Shown piece after piece: positions 1-8,653 of a DNA stretch of 64,000 nt; the stretch's first letter is position 1, and the number at the start of each line of letters is the position of its first letter. The notes under the pieces were generated by a model. The model saw nothing but the letters and a program-made list of their open reading frames with translations. It was not told the DNA's origin and did not search any database. A program made the position numbers and the translations under genes. The stretch covers positions 2,288 through 66,287 of the forward strand of contig JAURQX010000046.1 in the NCBI GenBank assembly GCA_030835905.1, written 5' to 3'. The stretch is from Alphaproteobacteria bacterium. GTDB lineage: Bacteria > Pseudomonadota > Alphaproteobacteria > Rickettsiales > UBA1997.

Positions 1-134
1 TCTGCCATTTGCACAAATAGGGAGTTAGTGTCAGCATCAGAATAAACGGCAACAGTTTTTATACCCATCTTTTTGCAGGTTTTTATTATTCTGCATGCAA
101 TTTCACCACGATTTGCTATCAATAACTTTTGCAT
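1..134 (-). CDS. biotin carboxylase-type subunit (acetyl-/propionyl-CoA carboxylase alpha), first ~44 codons only; gene runs off the window
   Basis: Reverse-strand translation from the ATG at 134-132 reads [44 protein letters not shown], the conserved ANRGEIA lead-in of biotin carboxylases. Confidence 0.7.
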   Translation of the reverse strand, partial: MQKLLIANRGEIACRIIKTCKKMGIKTVAVYSDADTNSLFVQMA

Positions 135-262
135 TTTTAATTGATTTGAATTGATATTTTAAATATGAATTAAGAGATCTAGCCAGTTTTAAGTAGTAAA
201 CATTAAATTAGCTTGCTACAGTAAAAATAAAGAGCAAAAAATCAAATTATTTTATTAATTTT

Positions 263-1108
263 GTGAAAATTATTCCCTTTTTAAGCCTAATTAGATTCTA
301 TAAGCCTGTAGGTACCCTTTTATTGCTTCTTCCTTGTCTTTTTTCTTTAGCGCTCATTAAAAGAGTCGCTTTTTTCGATGATGCTTATCTTATTTTTCTT
401 CTTACTCTTGGTTCATTTTTAATGAGAAGCGCTGGATGTATAATTAATGATCTATTTGATCATAAATTTGATGCCAAGGTTAAAAGAACCTTAAAACGCC
501 CAATTGCTTCCAGCCTTATATCAAAAAAATCAGCAATTATTTTTTTATTTTTCTTATTATTTGCAGCTCTTTTAGTTTTGTTGCAATTTAATAATTTGGT
601 TATCGCTAGTGGTTTTTTTATTATGTTTTTTGTTATAACTTATCCGCTCATGAAGAGAATAACCTATTATCCGCAGTTTTTTTTAGGCATAACCATCAAT
701 TTTGGCGTTATAATGGTAAGTCTTGAGATTTTAGAAATGGCTACCTCGTCAATTATTTGGCTTTACTTTAGCTGTATTATTTGGTCAATGATTTATGATA
801 CTATTTATGCTTTTCAAGATGTTAGTGATGACTTAGTCATAGGGGTTAAATCAATGGCCATTAAAATTAAGCACAACCCTAAATTTTATATCTTTTTATT
901 GACAGCATCAATGTTTTTAACACTTTTGCTTGTAGGATTTTTGGAATCGTTAAGTTTGTTTTACTTTATTTTACTAATAATAAATTTTTTACTTTTCTTA
1001 ATTAAAATCAAGAATTGTAACTTTGAAAATCCTCAAAACTGTATTAAGCTTTTTAATTTTTCGGTAATTTTTGGCTTTATATTACTGCTTTCATTTATTT
1101 TGTCATGA
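263..1108 (+). CDS. ubiA: 4-hydroxybenzoate polyprenyltransferase (UbiA family)
   Basis: GTG start; NDLFDHKFD (NDxxDxxxD) and YAFQDVSDDLVIGVKS motifs; polytopic membrane protein. Confidence 0.85.
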   Translation: MKIIPFLSLIRFYKPVGTLLLLLPCLFSLALIKRVAFFDDAYLIFLLTLGSFLMRSAGCIINDLFDHKFDAKVKRTLKRPIASSLISKKSAIIFLFFLLFAALLVLLQFNNLVIASGFFIMFFVITYPLMKRITYYPQFFLGITINFGVIMVSLEILEMATSSIIWLYFSCIIWSMIYDTIYAFQDVSDDLVIGVKSMAIKIKHNPKFYIFLLTASMFLTLLLVGFLESLSLFYFILLIINFLLFLIKIKNCNFENPQNCIKLFNFSVIFGFILLLSFILS

Positions 1109-1626
1109 GAAAAATAGGTTTGCTTGGAGGAAGTTTTAATCCTGCTCATCAAGGACATATTCACATTAGCCTTATGGCCAAAAAAAAACTTGGGCTGGAT
1201 CAGATATGGTGGCTGCCAACAGTTCAAAATCCGCTAAAGAATAAGACTTGTTATAGATCGTTCGAAAATAGAGTTGATTATTGCCAAAGTCTTCTTCAAA
1301 AAAACTTAGTAAATTCACGATTAATCAAAATATTTACCGTAAAATATAAATACTCTCTGGAGTTAGTTAAGTTTCTTAAGTTAAGAAATAGGAATTGTGA
1401 TTTTTATTGGATTATGGGCGCAGATAATGTTAGCAATTTACACCTATGGAAGAATTATTATAATTTTATCAAGAGCGTCAAAATTGTCATTTTTGCTAGA
1501 AATTCAGATTTGACTTTAATTAAAAAGACGAGATCTTGGAAATTGCTAAATATTGTAGGAGCAAAAATTTTTTTTACTCAAAAACTTAATATTTCTTCAA
1601 CTTTTATTCGAGATAATAATGTATGA
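1105..1626 (+). CDS. nadD: nicotinate-nucleotide adenylyltransferase
   Basis: GGSFNPAHQGHIHIS nucleotidyltransferase motif; ATGA overlap with the ubiA stop. Confidence 0.85.
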   Translation: MRKIGLLGGSFNPAHQGHIHISLMAKKKLGLDQIWWLPTVQNPLKNKTCYRSFENRVDYCQSLLQKNLVNSRLIKIFTVKYKYSLELVKFLKLRNRNCDFYWIMGADNVSNLHLWKNYYNFIKSVKIVIFARNSDLTLIKKTRSWKLLNIVGAKIFFTQKLNISSTFIRDNNV

Positions 1627-2428
1627 TTATATAGTTGATAGCCATTGTCATCTAGACTTACTTCAAGATAAAGGTTATAATGTGAGTGATGTTGTTAACA
1701 ATGCTCATCAATCGCAAGTTAAATTATTGCAAACTATTTGCACTCAGATCTCGCAAATTAATAGGTTACTTAGTTTTGCTGATGATTATCCTAATGTGTA
1801 CACATCCATTGGAAATCATCCGTGTAACACTAATCAGGAAGAGTTGTGTAAGTCAGAAGATTTAGTAAAATTCATTAATGAGTATGATAAAATTATTGGT
1901 ATAGGTGAAACAGGTCTTGATTATTTTCATGATCAATCTTTTATTAAAATACAAAAAAGTAGTTTTGTTGAGCATATTAAGGCCTCACAAATTTCCAAAT
2001 TACCCGTCATAATTCACAGTAGAGAGGCTGATGATGATATGGCGTCAATCCTAAGGTCGGAACAGAAAAATGCTTATTTTCCAGCATTATTGCACTGTTT
2101 TTCAAGTGGCAAAGGTTTGTCTAAAACTGCATTAGATTTAGGTATCTATATATCAGTTTCGGGAATTGTAACTTTTAAAAATGCTGTTCAATTGCAAGAA
2201 ATTGTTAAATATATTCCTTTGCAATATTTGTTGGTTGAGACAGATTCTCCTTATTTGGCTCCTATGCCGCACAGAGGCAAAGTAAATGAGCCTGCATTTA
2301 CCGAGCATGTTGTTGATTTTATTGCACAAATTAAAAATGTTTCACGTGAAACAATAATAGGGCATACAACTGCAAATTTTCATAAAATATTTACCAGAAC
2401 CAAATCTCTGAACAGCAATGACAAGTAG
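1619..2428 (+). CDS. tatD: TatD-family metal-dependent DNase/hydrolase
   Basis: DSHCHLD start, GETGLDY, VIIHSREA and VETDSPYLAP motifs. Confidence 0.85.
   Translation: MYDYIVDSHCHLDLLQDKGYNVSDVVNNAHQSQVKLLQTICTQISQINRLLSFADDYPNVYTSIGNHPCNTNQEELCKSEDLVKFINEYDKIIGIGETGLDYFHDQSFIKIQKSSFVEHIKASQISKLPVIIHSREADDDMASILRSEQKNAYFPALLHCFSSGKGLSKTALDLGIYISVSGIVTFKNAVQLQEIVKYIPLQYLLVETDSPYLAPMPHRGKVNEPAFTEHVVDFIAQIKNVSRETIIGHTTANFHKIFTRTKSLNSNDK
2338..2353. promoter_or_regulatory. parS site, perfect 16-bp palindrome TGTTTCACGTGAAACA, inside the tatD coding sequence
   Basis: Exact match to the canonical chromosomal parS consensus; read directly. Confidence 0.8.
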
Positions 2429-2870
2429 CAAATTTATGCAAGAAGCTATATTGCAGGCAAAATTAGCTTTTGAGCTAGATGAGGTTCCAGTTGGTGCTGT
2501 TATAGTTTTAGACAACAAAGTAATAGCTAAATCACACAATCAAAACCGCACAAAAAAAAGTGCCACTGCGCATGCAGAAATGTTAGCAATCAATCAAGCA
2601 TGTAGCAAATTGTCAACCTATAGACTTGATGAATGTGACTTATATGTGACATTAGAGCCTTGCTTAATGTGTGCTACCGCAATATCTATAGCTAAAATTA
2701 GCAGAGTTTATTATGGGCTAGCAGATAATAAATTTGGTGCTTATGAAAATTCAGACGGTATTTTTACAAAGTACCCTTCTTACTTTAAACCTGAGATCTA
2801 TTCAAATATTTGTGAGTCAGAAGTCTTGAAGATAATGCAAGAATTTTTTAGTAGTAAAAGGTCTTCCTAG
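2418..2870 (+). CDS. tadA: tRNA adenosine(34) deaminase
   Basis: HAEMLAI and PCLMCATAI cytidine/deoxycytidylate deaminase zinc motifs; 150 aa. Confidence 0.9.
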   Translation: MTSSKFMQEAILQAKLAFELDEVPVGAVIVLDNKVIAKSHNQNRTKKSATAHAEMLAINQACSKLSTYRLDECDLYVTLEPCLMCATAISIAKISRVYYGLADNKFGAYENSDGIFTKYPSYFKPEIYSNICESEVLKIMQEFFSSKRSS

Positions 2871-2973
2871 AATACTTACATTTTATTTTTTATTGAAAAT
2901 AACTAGAGTAATACCATTTCTCAATTTAAAAAGATTAGCCATTTTCTTAAGCGCAAATTATAGATTATATTAA

Positions 2974-2989
2974 TGTTTCACGTGGAACA
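2974..2989. promoter_or_regulatory. parS-like site TGTTTCACGTGGAACA (1 mismatch)
   Basis: 15/16 match to the parS consensus, upstream of parA. Confidence 0.65.
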
Positions 2990-3057
2990 GTCAAATTTTT
3001 TAATTTTGCGGCAATTTAAAAATACTATTGCTTATTATAATATAAATACTTTAAAAA

Positions 3058-3073
3058 TTGTTTCATGTGAAAC
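3058..3073. promoter_or_regulatory. parS-like site TGTTTCATGTGAAACA (1 mismatch)
   Basis: 15/16 match to the parS consensus, 15 nt upstream of the parA ATG. Confidence 0.65.
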
Positions 3074-3087
3074 ATTTATAAATATCT

Positions 3088-3861
3088 ATGATAACAAAAG
3101 CTAAAATTTTTTCAGTAGTTAATCAAAAGGGTGGTGTAGGCAAAACTACTACCGCCATAAATCTTTCTACAGCAATAGCCAGTAGCAAAAGTAAAGTTTT
3201 GTTAATTGATATTGATCCTCAAGGAAACGCAAGTACTGGGGTTGGGGTAGCATATAATCAAAGACAAAAGACTATATATCAAGCACTAACTGGCGAGAAT
3301 TCAATAGCAGAGGTGGTAATGCCAACCAAGATTAAAGGACTTGATGTTATTACTGCAACTGTAGATCTATCTGCACTTGAAGTAGAACTTGCAAGCTTTA
3401 GTGACAAAAATTTATTCTTAAGAAATAAAATTGCTGAAATTTCGAATAATTATGATTATATCTTCATTGATTGTCCACCCTCACTCGGAGTTTTAACTAT
3501 TAATGCTTTGACAGCATCTGACTATGTTTTAATACCCATGCAATGTGAATTTTTTAGTCTTGAAGGCTTGAGCCATCTTCTAACAACCCTTGAATTAGTT
3601 AAAAATAATCTTAATTTTGATCTTAAAATTGCCGGAATTGTTTTAACAATGCATGATGTAAGAAATAAGCTTACTGAAGCAGTAGAAGTTGATGTTAGAA
3701 ATTATCTAGAACAAAAAGTATTTAAAAATATAGTTCCAAGAAACGTTAGGCTTTCAGAGGCTCCTTCTCATGGCGAGCCAGCTTTATTATATGATCCACA
3801 ATGTCGTGGATCTATTGCCTATAAAATGCTGGCAAAAGAGCTATTATCTAGAAATTTTTAA
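3088..3861 (+). CDS. parA: chromosome partitioning ATPase ParA/Soj
   Basis: Deviant Walker A NQKGGVGKTTTA; DIDPQGNA; 257 aa; followed by parB. Confidence 0.9.
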   Translation: MITKAKIFSVVNQKGGVGKTTTAINLSTAIASSKSKVLLIDIDPQGNASTGVGVAYNQRQKTIYQALTGENSIAEVVMPTKIKGLDVITATVDLSALEVELASFSDKNLFLRNKIAEISNNYDYIFIDCPPSLGVLTINALTASDYVLIPMQCEFFSLEGLSHLLTTLELVKNNLNFDLKIAGIVLTMHDVRNKLTEAVEVDVRNYLEQKVFKNIVPRNVRLSEAPSHGEPALLYDPQCRGSIAYKMLAKELLSRNF

Positions 3862-3867
3862 CTAAAT

Positions 3868-3883
3868 TGTTTCACGTGAAACA
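3868..3883. promoter_or_regulatory. parS site, perfect TGTTTCACGTGAAACA, in the parA-parB spacer
   Basis: Exact match to the parS consensus. Confidence 0.8.
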
Positions 3884-3901
3884 TTCAAATAAAATATATT
3901 A

Positions 3902-4825
3902 ATGATGCAAAATATTGAACAAGTAAAAAAATCAAATAATAAATTAGGACAGGGAATATCAGCATTAATTAGTGCTGAAAGACAGCAAAATAACACTCTA
4001 AATCAAACGCAAAGCAAAGATGCTGTACTTGATATAGATATTAATAAGATAGAAGCAGGAGTTTATCAACCTAGGCATAATTTTGATAAATCTAAACTTG
4101 ATGAGCTAGCGCAGTCAATAAAAGAAAATAGCATAATTCAGCCAATAATAGTGAGGCCAAATAATGAGAAACAAGACAAATACGAAATAATCGCCGGTGA
4201 GAGAAGATTCCGTGCTTCAAAAATTGCAGGTCTTAAAACTATTCCAGCAATAGTAAAAAAAGTTAATAACCATCAAGCCCTTGAAATAGCCTTGATAGAA
4301 AATATTCAGCGATCTGAATTATCAGTGATTGATGAAGCTAAGGGCTACAAAAGATTGGCAAGTGAATTTTCCTACACACAAGACCAAATTTCTAGCAAAG
4401 TGGGAAAGAGTCGCAGTCACATTGCAAATTTAATGAGATTACTGCTGTTGCCTTCTGCTGTTCAAGGTTTAGTTGATGATGGGTTAATTTCAATGGGTCA
4501 TGCTCGGGCATTAATAAATAGCGACAAGGCGCAAGAAATTGCTGAAGAGATTCTTGAAAGGTCTCTAACTGTAAGAGATGTTGAAAAAATTATTAGCAAT
4601 GAATTTAAGGGGTTAAAAAAGGTTTCTAACACTAAATTCAAGGGTAAAGCTCAAGAATTTTCTGATGTTGAAAAAAGATTGTCACTAGCAACTAACATGG
4701 ATAGTGAAGTAAAATATAATATAAGCAAAAAATATGGTCAGCTAGTACTAAAATTTAGCGACATAAATCAAGTTGAGCAATTAATCAAAAACCTAAATGA
4801 ATATAACAGCCAAAAAATATCTTGA
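3902..4825 (+). CDS. parB: chromosome partitioning protein ParB/Spo0J
   Basis: IIAGERRFRA box, LIENIQR, HTH region (SQDQISSKVGKSRSHIAN). Confidence 0.9.
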   Translation: MMQNIEQVKKSNNKLGQGISALISAERQQNNTLNQTQSKDAVLDIDINKIEAGVYQPRHNFDKSKLDELAQSIKENSIIQPIIVRPNNEKQDKYEIIAGERRFRASKIAGLKTIPAIVKKVNNHQALEIALIENIQRSELSVIDEAKGYKRLASEFSYTQDQISSKVGKSRSHIANLMRLLLLPSAVQGLVDDGLISMGHARALINSDKAQEIAEEILERSLTVRDVEKIISNEFKGLKKVSNTKFKGKAQEFSDVEKRLSLATNMDSEVKYNISKKYGQLVLKFSDINQVEQLIKNLNEYNSQKIS

Positions 4826-5876
4826 GGATATTGTTAGCTACAAACCAGGAAAGGCAAAAATTGGTCTTGATAATGCAATAAAGCTTTCAGCAAATGAGAA
4901 CGCTCTTGGAGCAAGTCCAAAAGCTATTAAAGCATATCAAAATTTAAGCAATAATTTGTCAACCTACCCAGATGGTTCTGCTTCTGAGCTTCGTAATTCT
5001 TTGGCGAAGAAAAATGACATAGATCCGGATAAAATTGTCTGTGGAGCAGGATCGGATGAATTAATTGCCTTAATAACTCATGCGTTTTGTGGTGAAGGTG
5101 ATGAAATAATTTACTCGCAACATGGCTTTCTGATGTACCCAATTTCAGCCAAAAAAGTGGGGGCTACTGCAATAAAAGTAGCGGAGACAAATTTAAAAAC
5201 CAACATAGATAATATTTTAGCAGCAATTTCTAGTAAAACTAAAATAATATTTATCGCAAATCCAAACAATCCAACGGGCACTTATCTTAATAAAGACGAA
5301 ATTAATAAGCTTATAGCACAAGTTCCTAGTAACATTATAATTGTGCTCGATCATGCGTATGAAGAGTTTGTTACAGAAAAAGATTATCCAAAAAATAGCT
5401 TAAAACTTGTTGAGCAAAACGAAAATTTAGTTGTAACCAGAACATTTTCAAAAATATACGGCCTAGCTTCTCTTAGAATTGGATGGTGCTATAGTAGCCA
5501 GTACGTTGCAGATATTTTGAATAAAATAAGAGGTCCATTTAACGTTTCATCCCCTGCACAAAATGCTGCAATTAGCGCAATAAATGATGATGAATTTTTA
5601 GAATTATCAATTCTACATAACAAAAAATGGCTAAAAATTTACGAAGAAGAATTTTTAAATGCTACACAATTCAACTTAACAAAATCAGCAGCTAATTTTA
5701 TATTGATAGATTTTTTAGATAAACAAAAACTAGTAAAAGCAAATCAACTGCTTGCAGAAAGAAAAATTATTGCACGTGAAATGGGTGCTTATGGCTTAGA
5801 AAATTCTTTGAGGATTACTATAGGTAAGGACTTAGAGAATAAAATGGTAATAGAACAGCTAAAGAAGATTTATTAA
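4797..5876 (+). CDS. hisC: histidinol-phosphate aminotransferase-like class II aminotransferase
   Basis: SANENALG, NPNNPTG, FSKIYGLASLRIGW (PLP lysine); 29-nt overlap with the parB end. Confidence 0.7.
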   Translation: MNITAKKYLEDIVSYKPGKAKIGLDNAIKLSANENALGASPKAIKAYQNLSNNLSTYPDGSASELRNSLAKKNDIDPDKIVCGAGSDELIALITHAFCGEGDEIIYSQHGFLMYPISAKKVGATAIKVAETNLKTNIDNILAAISSKTKIIFIANPNNPTGTYLNKDEINKLIAQVPSNIIIVLDHAYEEFVTEKDYPKNSLKLVEQNENLVVTRTFSKIYGLASLRIGWCYSSQYVADILNKIRGPFNVSSPAQNAAISAINDDEFLELSILHNKKWLKIYEEEFLNATQFNLTKSAANFILIDFLDKQKLVKANQLLAERKIIAREMGAYGLENSLRITIGKDLENKMVIEQLKKIY

Positions 5877-6100
5877 CTAGCACATAAACTAAAATAGCAT
5901 AATATAATTTAACTTTATAATTTTTTTGTTTTTCAAAGCCAAGGTAGTATTAGGTACTTTGACTTCTTAAGATGAATCTAAAAGAAAAAATTTCTTTAGT
6001 TAAAATTAAAATAGTTTATGCGCGAGTTGATATGAATATTTTCAAAATAATAGGGTAAATTTGGGTATAAAATTAAACATTAAACTTAAACATTAAAAAA

Positions 6101-6628
6101 ATGACAAAAATAAATAATATAGATTGCTTAACATTAAAAGAGTGGATGGATAAGGGGGATGCGGTTTTAATTGACGTAAGAGAAGATATAGAATATAAAA
6201 ATTGCTCAATACCAAATTCATACCATTTACCACTTTCTCAAGTCTCAATTGATGTTACTCACTTACCAAAACACAAAAATAAAAAAATAGTGATTCATTG
6301 CAAGAGTGGAAAAAGATCAATGATGGCATGCCAAAAACTAATAGAAGATGGCATTAAATTTGAGATTTGGAATTTGGAAGGAGGAATTGATGCTTGGAAG
6401 GCAAGTAATTTATCAACATGCACGGCATTAAAGAAAATTCCAATTTCAAGACAAGTTAATTTGGTAATAGGTATTCTAATACTTGTAAGTCTAGTACTAT
6501 TTTCAACTAGCTCTATTAAAGCATACTTACTAATTGCATTAGTTTGCTCTATTGGCTTGATATTTTCAGGACTGACTGGTTTTTGCTTGCTAACAAAAAT
6601 TATTAGCAAACTCCCATGGAATAAGTAA
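6101..6628 (+). CDS. membrane-anchored rhodanese (YgaP-like: rhodanese domain plus DUF2892-type two-helix C-terminus)
   Basis: Active-site loop HCKSGKRS; C-terminal hydrophobic helices containing GLTGFC. Confidence 0.7.
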   Translation: MTKINNIDCLTLKEWMDKGDAVLIDVREDIEYKNCSIPNSYHLPLSQVSIDVTHLPKHKNKKIVIHCKSGKRSMMACQKLIEDGIKFEIWNLEGGIDAWKASNLSTCTALKKIPISRQVNLVIGILILVSLVLFSTSSIKAYLLIALVCSIGLIFSGLTGFCLLTKIISKLPWNK

Positions 6629-6701
6629 TAAATTGGGTATAATTGGATAACTATTCGGGCAAAAAAATAAATACCCAAGATTGCCGCTATTAGAGATGCT
6701 A

Positions 6702-8096
6702 TCAAAAAGACGCATTAAATCTTAAGGCAAAGAAATCTACATCGCCGATTAATTTACTATAATTAAAGTTAAAAATTCTTTGATAATCTAGACTAATGCT
6801 AGAAGATTTTGAAGTAGATAGACGATAGTAGGACTCAAATACATATTCATCTCTATAATTTCCTTGACCAATACCATTTTCACGATCAAAAAAACTTCTA
6901 TAGCCCTTTTCATGGGCCTTGCGGTGATTTCCAGTTAATTTTGCTTGCGCATAAGCTAGTCCAACTTGATCTTGAGTTCTAAGCCAAATTTTGCCATCAA
7001 AGTTGCCCCCAAGCATAAAACTTTGATCTTGATCATTAGAATGTCTAACATCTCGATCATTATCTTGCATACCAAACTTTGCAAAAATATTAATTCTATC
7101 TGATACTGGCTGAGTTAGACTAATGCCAAAACCATTCTTGTTCTTAGAATCTTTATTATCTGCAGTATTGATGTTATCAGCTATACCATCACCATCAATA
7201 TCTTCATTCTTGGTCATAAAATTACCATTACCATCAAAAGAGCCATACTCCCCACGATTTGAAAAAGCATAAAGTTGATAAGTTGATTGCAGATTTTTTA
7301 AAAGAGTAGGTGACAAAGTAATTGCAGCAATTAGCGAGTGTCTTTTGTTTATATTATCTAAATAACTATCAGAAGAAAAAAAACCAAAATCAAAACCAAT
7401 TAAATCATTTGAAATAGCTGATCTAAAGCCATAAGTGTATCCATGCCCTTCCAAATCTTGCACATAATCAAATGCACCATTATTAGCAACAGCTTGATTT
7501 AAAAATTGAGTAGATTGATCAGAATTTTCATCACCTACATCAAAAAAATCATTAACACCAAATTTACCTATATTAAAAGTTATATTATAATCTTCTGGCA
7601 AATAAATTTTTTTTTGAAATAACCCTTTGGCTAAATATACTTCGTTGTGCGCTTGTGGATTTTCCATAATATCATTATTAACCATGGATCCACCTTGAAG
7701 ATTGACATCAACACCTTGGCCATTTGCAAACTGAACGTCAAAATGTAACAAGCTGTTTTTATCAAATCTTTTTTCAAGAATTATATCAGCTGAAAAACTG
7801 CCTGATCCATCCTTATGATTATATTTTTGTAGCTCACTTTCAGAAAGATTGTTTCCAGAGGTGTCTTTTAAACTACCAGATTTAAGTTTAAGGCTCGAGG
7901 ATTGATATATTATAGTTGTCTGGCCAGAAATACTTAGACCTCTAAAACTATCAACAATTGAATGTAAATCATTTTCAAATCGCTGATAGTTTTGATATTT
8001 TTCTTTATTTGACAATTCTTCAACTGCAAAGCAATTGAAGGAAAAGCTCAAAAAAAATAAAAATAGGGTAGATATTATTTGCAATATATTGGGCAT
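6702..8096 (-). CDS. outer-membrane beta-barrel porin, OprB/carbohydrate-porin-like (family assignment from memory)
   Basis: N-terminal signal peptide; alternating beta-strand pattern; C-terminal ALRFNASF with terminal Phe; DIDGDGIADN calcium-binding-type motif (7173-7202). Confidence 0.6.
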   Translation of the reverse strand: MPNILQIISTLFLFFLSFSFNCFAVEELSNKEKYQNYQRFENDLHSIVDSFRGLSISGQTTIIYQSSSLKLKSGSLKDTSGNNLSESELQKYNHKDGSGSFSADIILEKRFDKNSLLHFDVQFANGQGVDVNLQGGSMVNNDIMENPQAHNEVYLAKGLFQKKIYLPEDYNITFNIGKFGVNDFFDVGDENSDQSTQFLNQAVANNGAFDYVQDLEGHGYTYGFRSAISNDLIGFDFGFFSSDSYLDNINKRHSLIAAITLSPTLLKNLQSTYQLYAFSNRGEYGSFDGNGNFMTKNEDIDGDGIADNINTADNKDSKNKNGFGISLTQPVSDRINIFAKFGMQDNDRDVRHSNDQDQSFMLGGNFDGKIWLRTQDQVGLAYAQAKLTGNHRKAHEKGYRSFFDRENGIGQGNYRDEYVFESYYRLSTSKSSSISLDYQRIFNFNYSKLIGDVDFFALRFNASF

Positions 8097-8136
8097 TATT
8101 GCTGAAAAAAACTTGATTATTTAAAATAAATATATG

Positions 8137-8155
8137 ATAATGATTATCATTATTA
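8137..8155. promoter_or_regulatory. Fur box GATAATGATTATCATTATT
   Basis: 17/19 match (hand count) to the GATAATGATAATCATTATC consensus; in the divergent spacer between the porin and feoA, 23 nt upstream of the feoA ATG. Confidence 0.7.
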
Positions 8156-8177
8156 TTTAACTTTTAAAAATAACTAG

Positions 8178-8420
8178 ATGTCAACAACAAACTTAAATTT
8201 TCTAAGAGAAGGTGCCATTGCAAGAGTGATAAAAATTGGAAATGAAATTGAGATAGACCAAAAAATTCTTAAACATGTTGCCAATATAGGTTTAGTTAAG
8301 GGTGTAATTGTTGAGATGATGAATTGCAATTTTTCAGGACTTATGCTTCTCAAAATCAATAACTCAACTTTTGGTATTTCAAAAGAAATTGCAAATTCAA
8401 TTTTCGTAAAGTCAATATGA
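8178..8420 (+). CDS. feoA: FeoA-family small protein (copy 1)
   Basis: 80-aa SH3-like FeoA size and pattern; ATGA overlap with the next feoA. Confidence 0.7.
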   Translation: MSTTNLNFLREGAIARVIKIGNEIEIDQKILKHVANIGLVKGVIVEMMNCNFSGLMLLKINNSTFGISKEIANSIFVKSI

Positions 8421-8653
8421 CGATAAAAATTGCTGATTTAAAGATTGGTCAATCAGCTTTAGTTGATAATATTGTTGAAAATTGTGATAAAAAGTTAAAG
8501 CAAAGACTTCGGGATATGGGATTTGTGTCTGGTCAAAAAATCACCATTTTAAAAAAGTCAATTTTTGGTGATCCAATAAAGATATCGATTAAAAACTATG
8601 AAATATCAATCAGAAAAAAGGAAGCAGATCTAATCAAAATTAAAAATGACTAG
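8417..8653 (+). CDS. feoA: FeoA-family small protein (copy 2)
   Basis: 78 aa; LKIGQSALV...MGFVSGQKITI FeoA pattern; overlaps the feoB start. Confidence 0.75.
   Translation: MTIKIADLKIGQSALVDNIVENCDKKLKQRLRDMGFVSGQKITILKKSIFGDPIKISIKNYEISIRKKEADLIKIKND

Noticed and set aside
5764-5781. attgcacgtgaaatgg inside hisC, which resembles half a parS
   Set aside because: Only the central CACGTGAAA half matches. The left half-site is absent.
6295-6705. 136-aa ORF on the minus strand
   Set aside because: It is entirely antisense to the well-supported rhodanese/YgaP-like gene and has no recognisable motif. This is a typical shadow ORF in AT-rich DNA.
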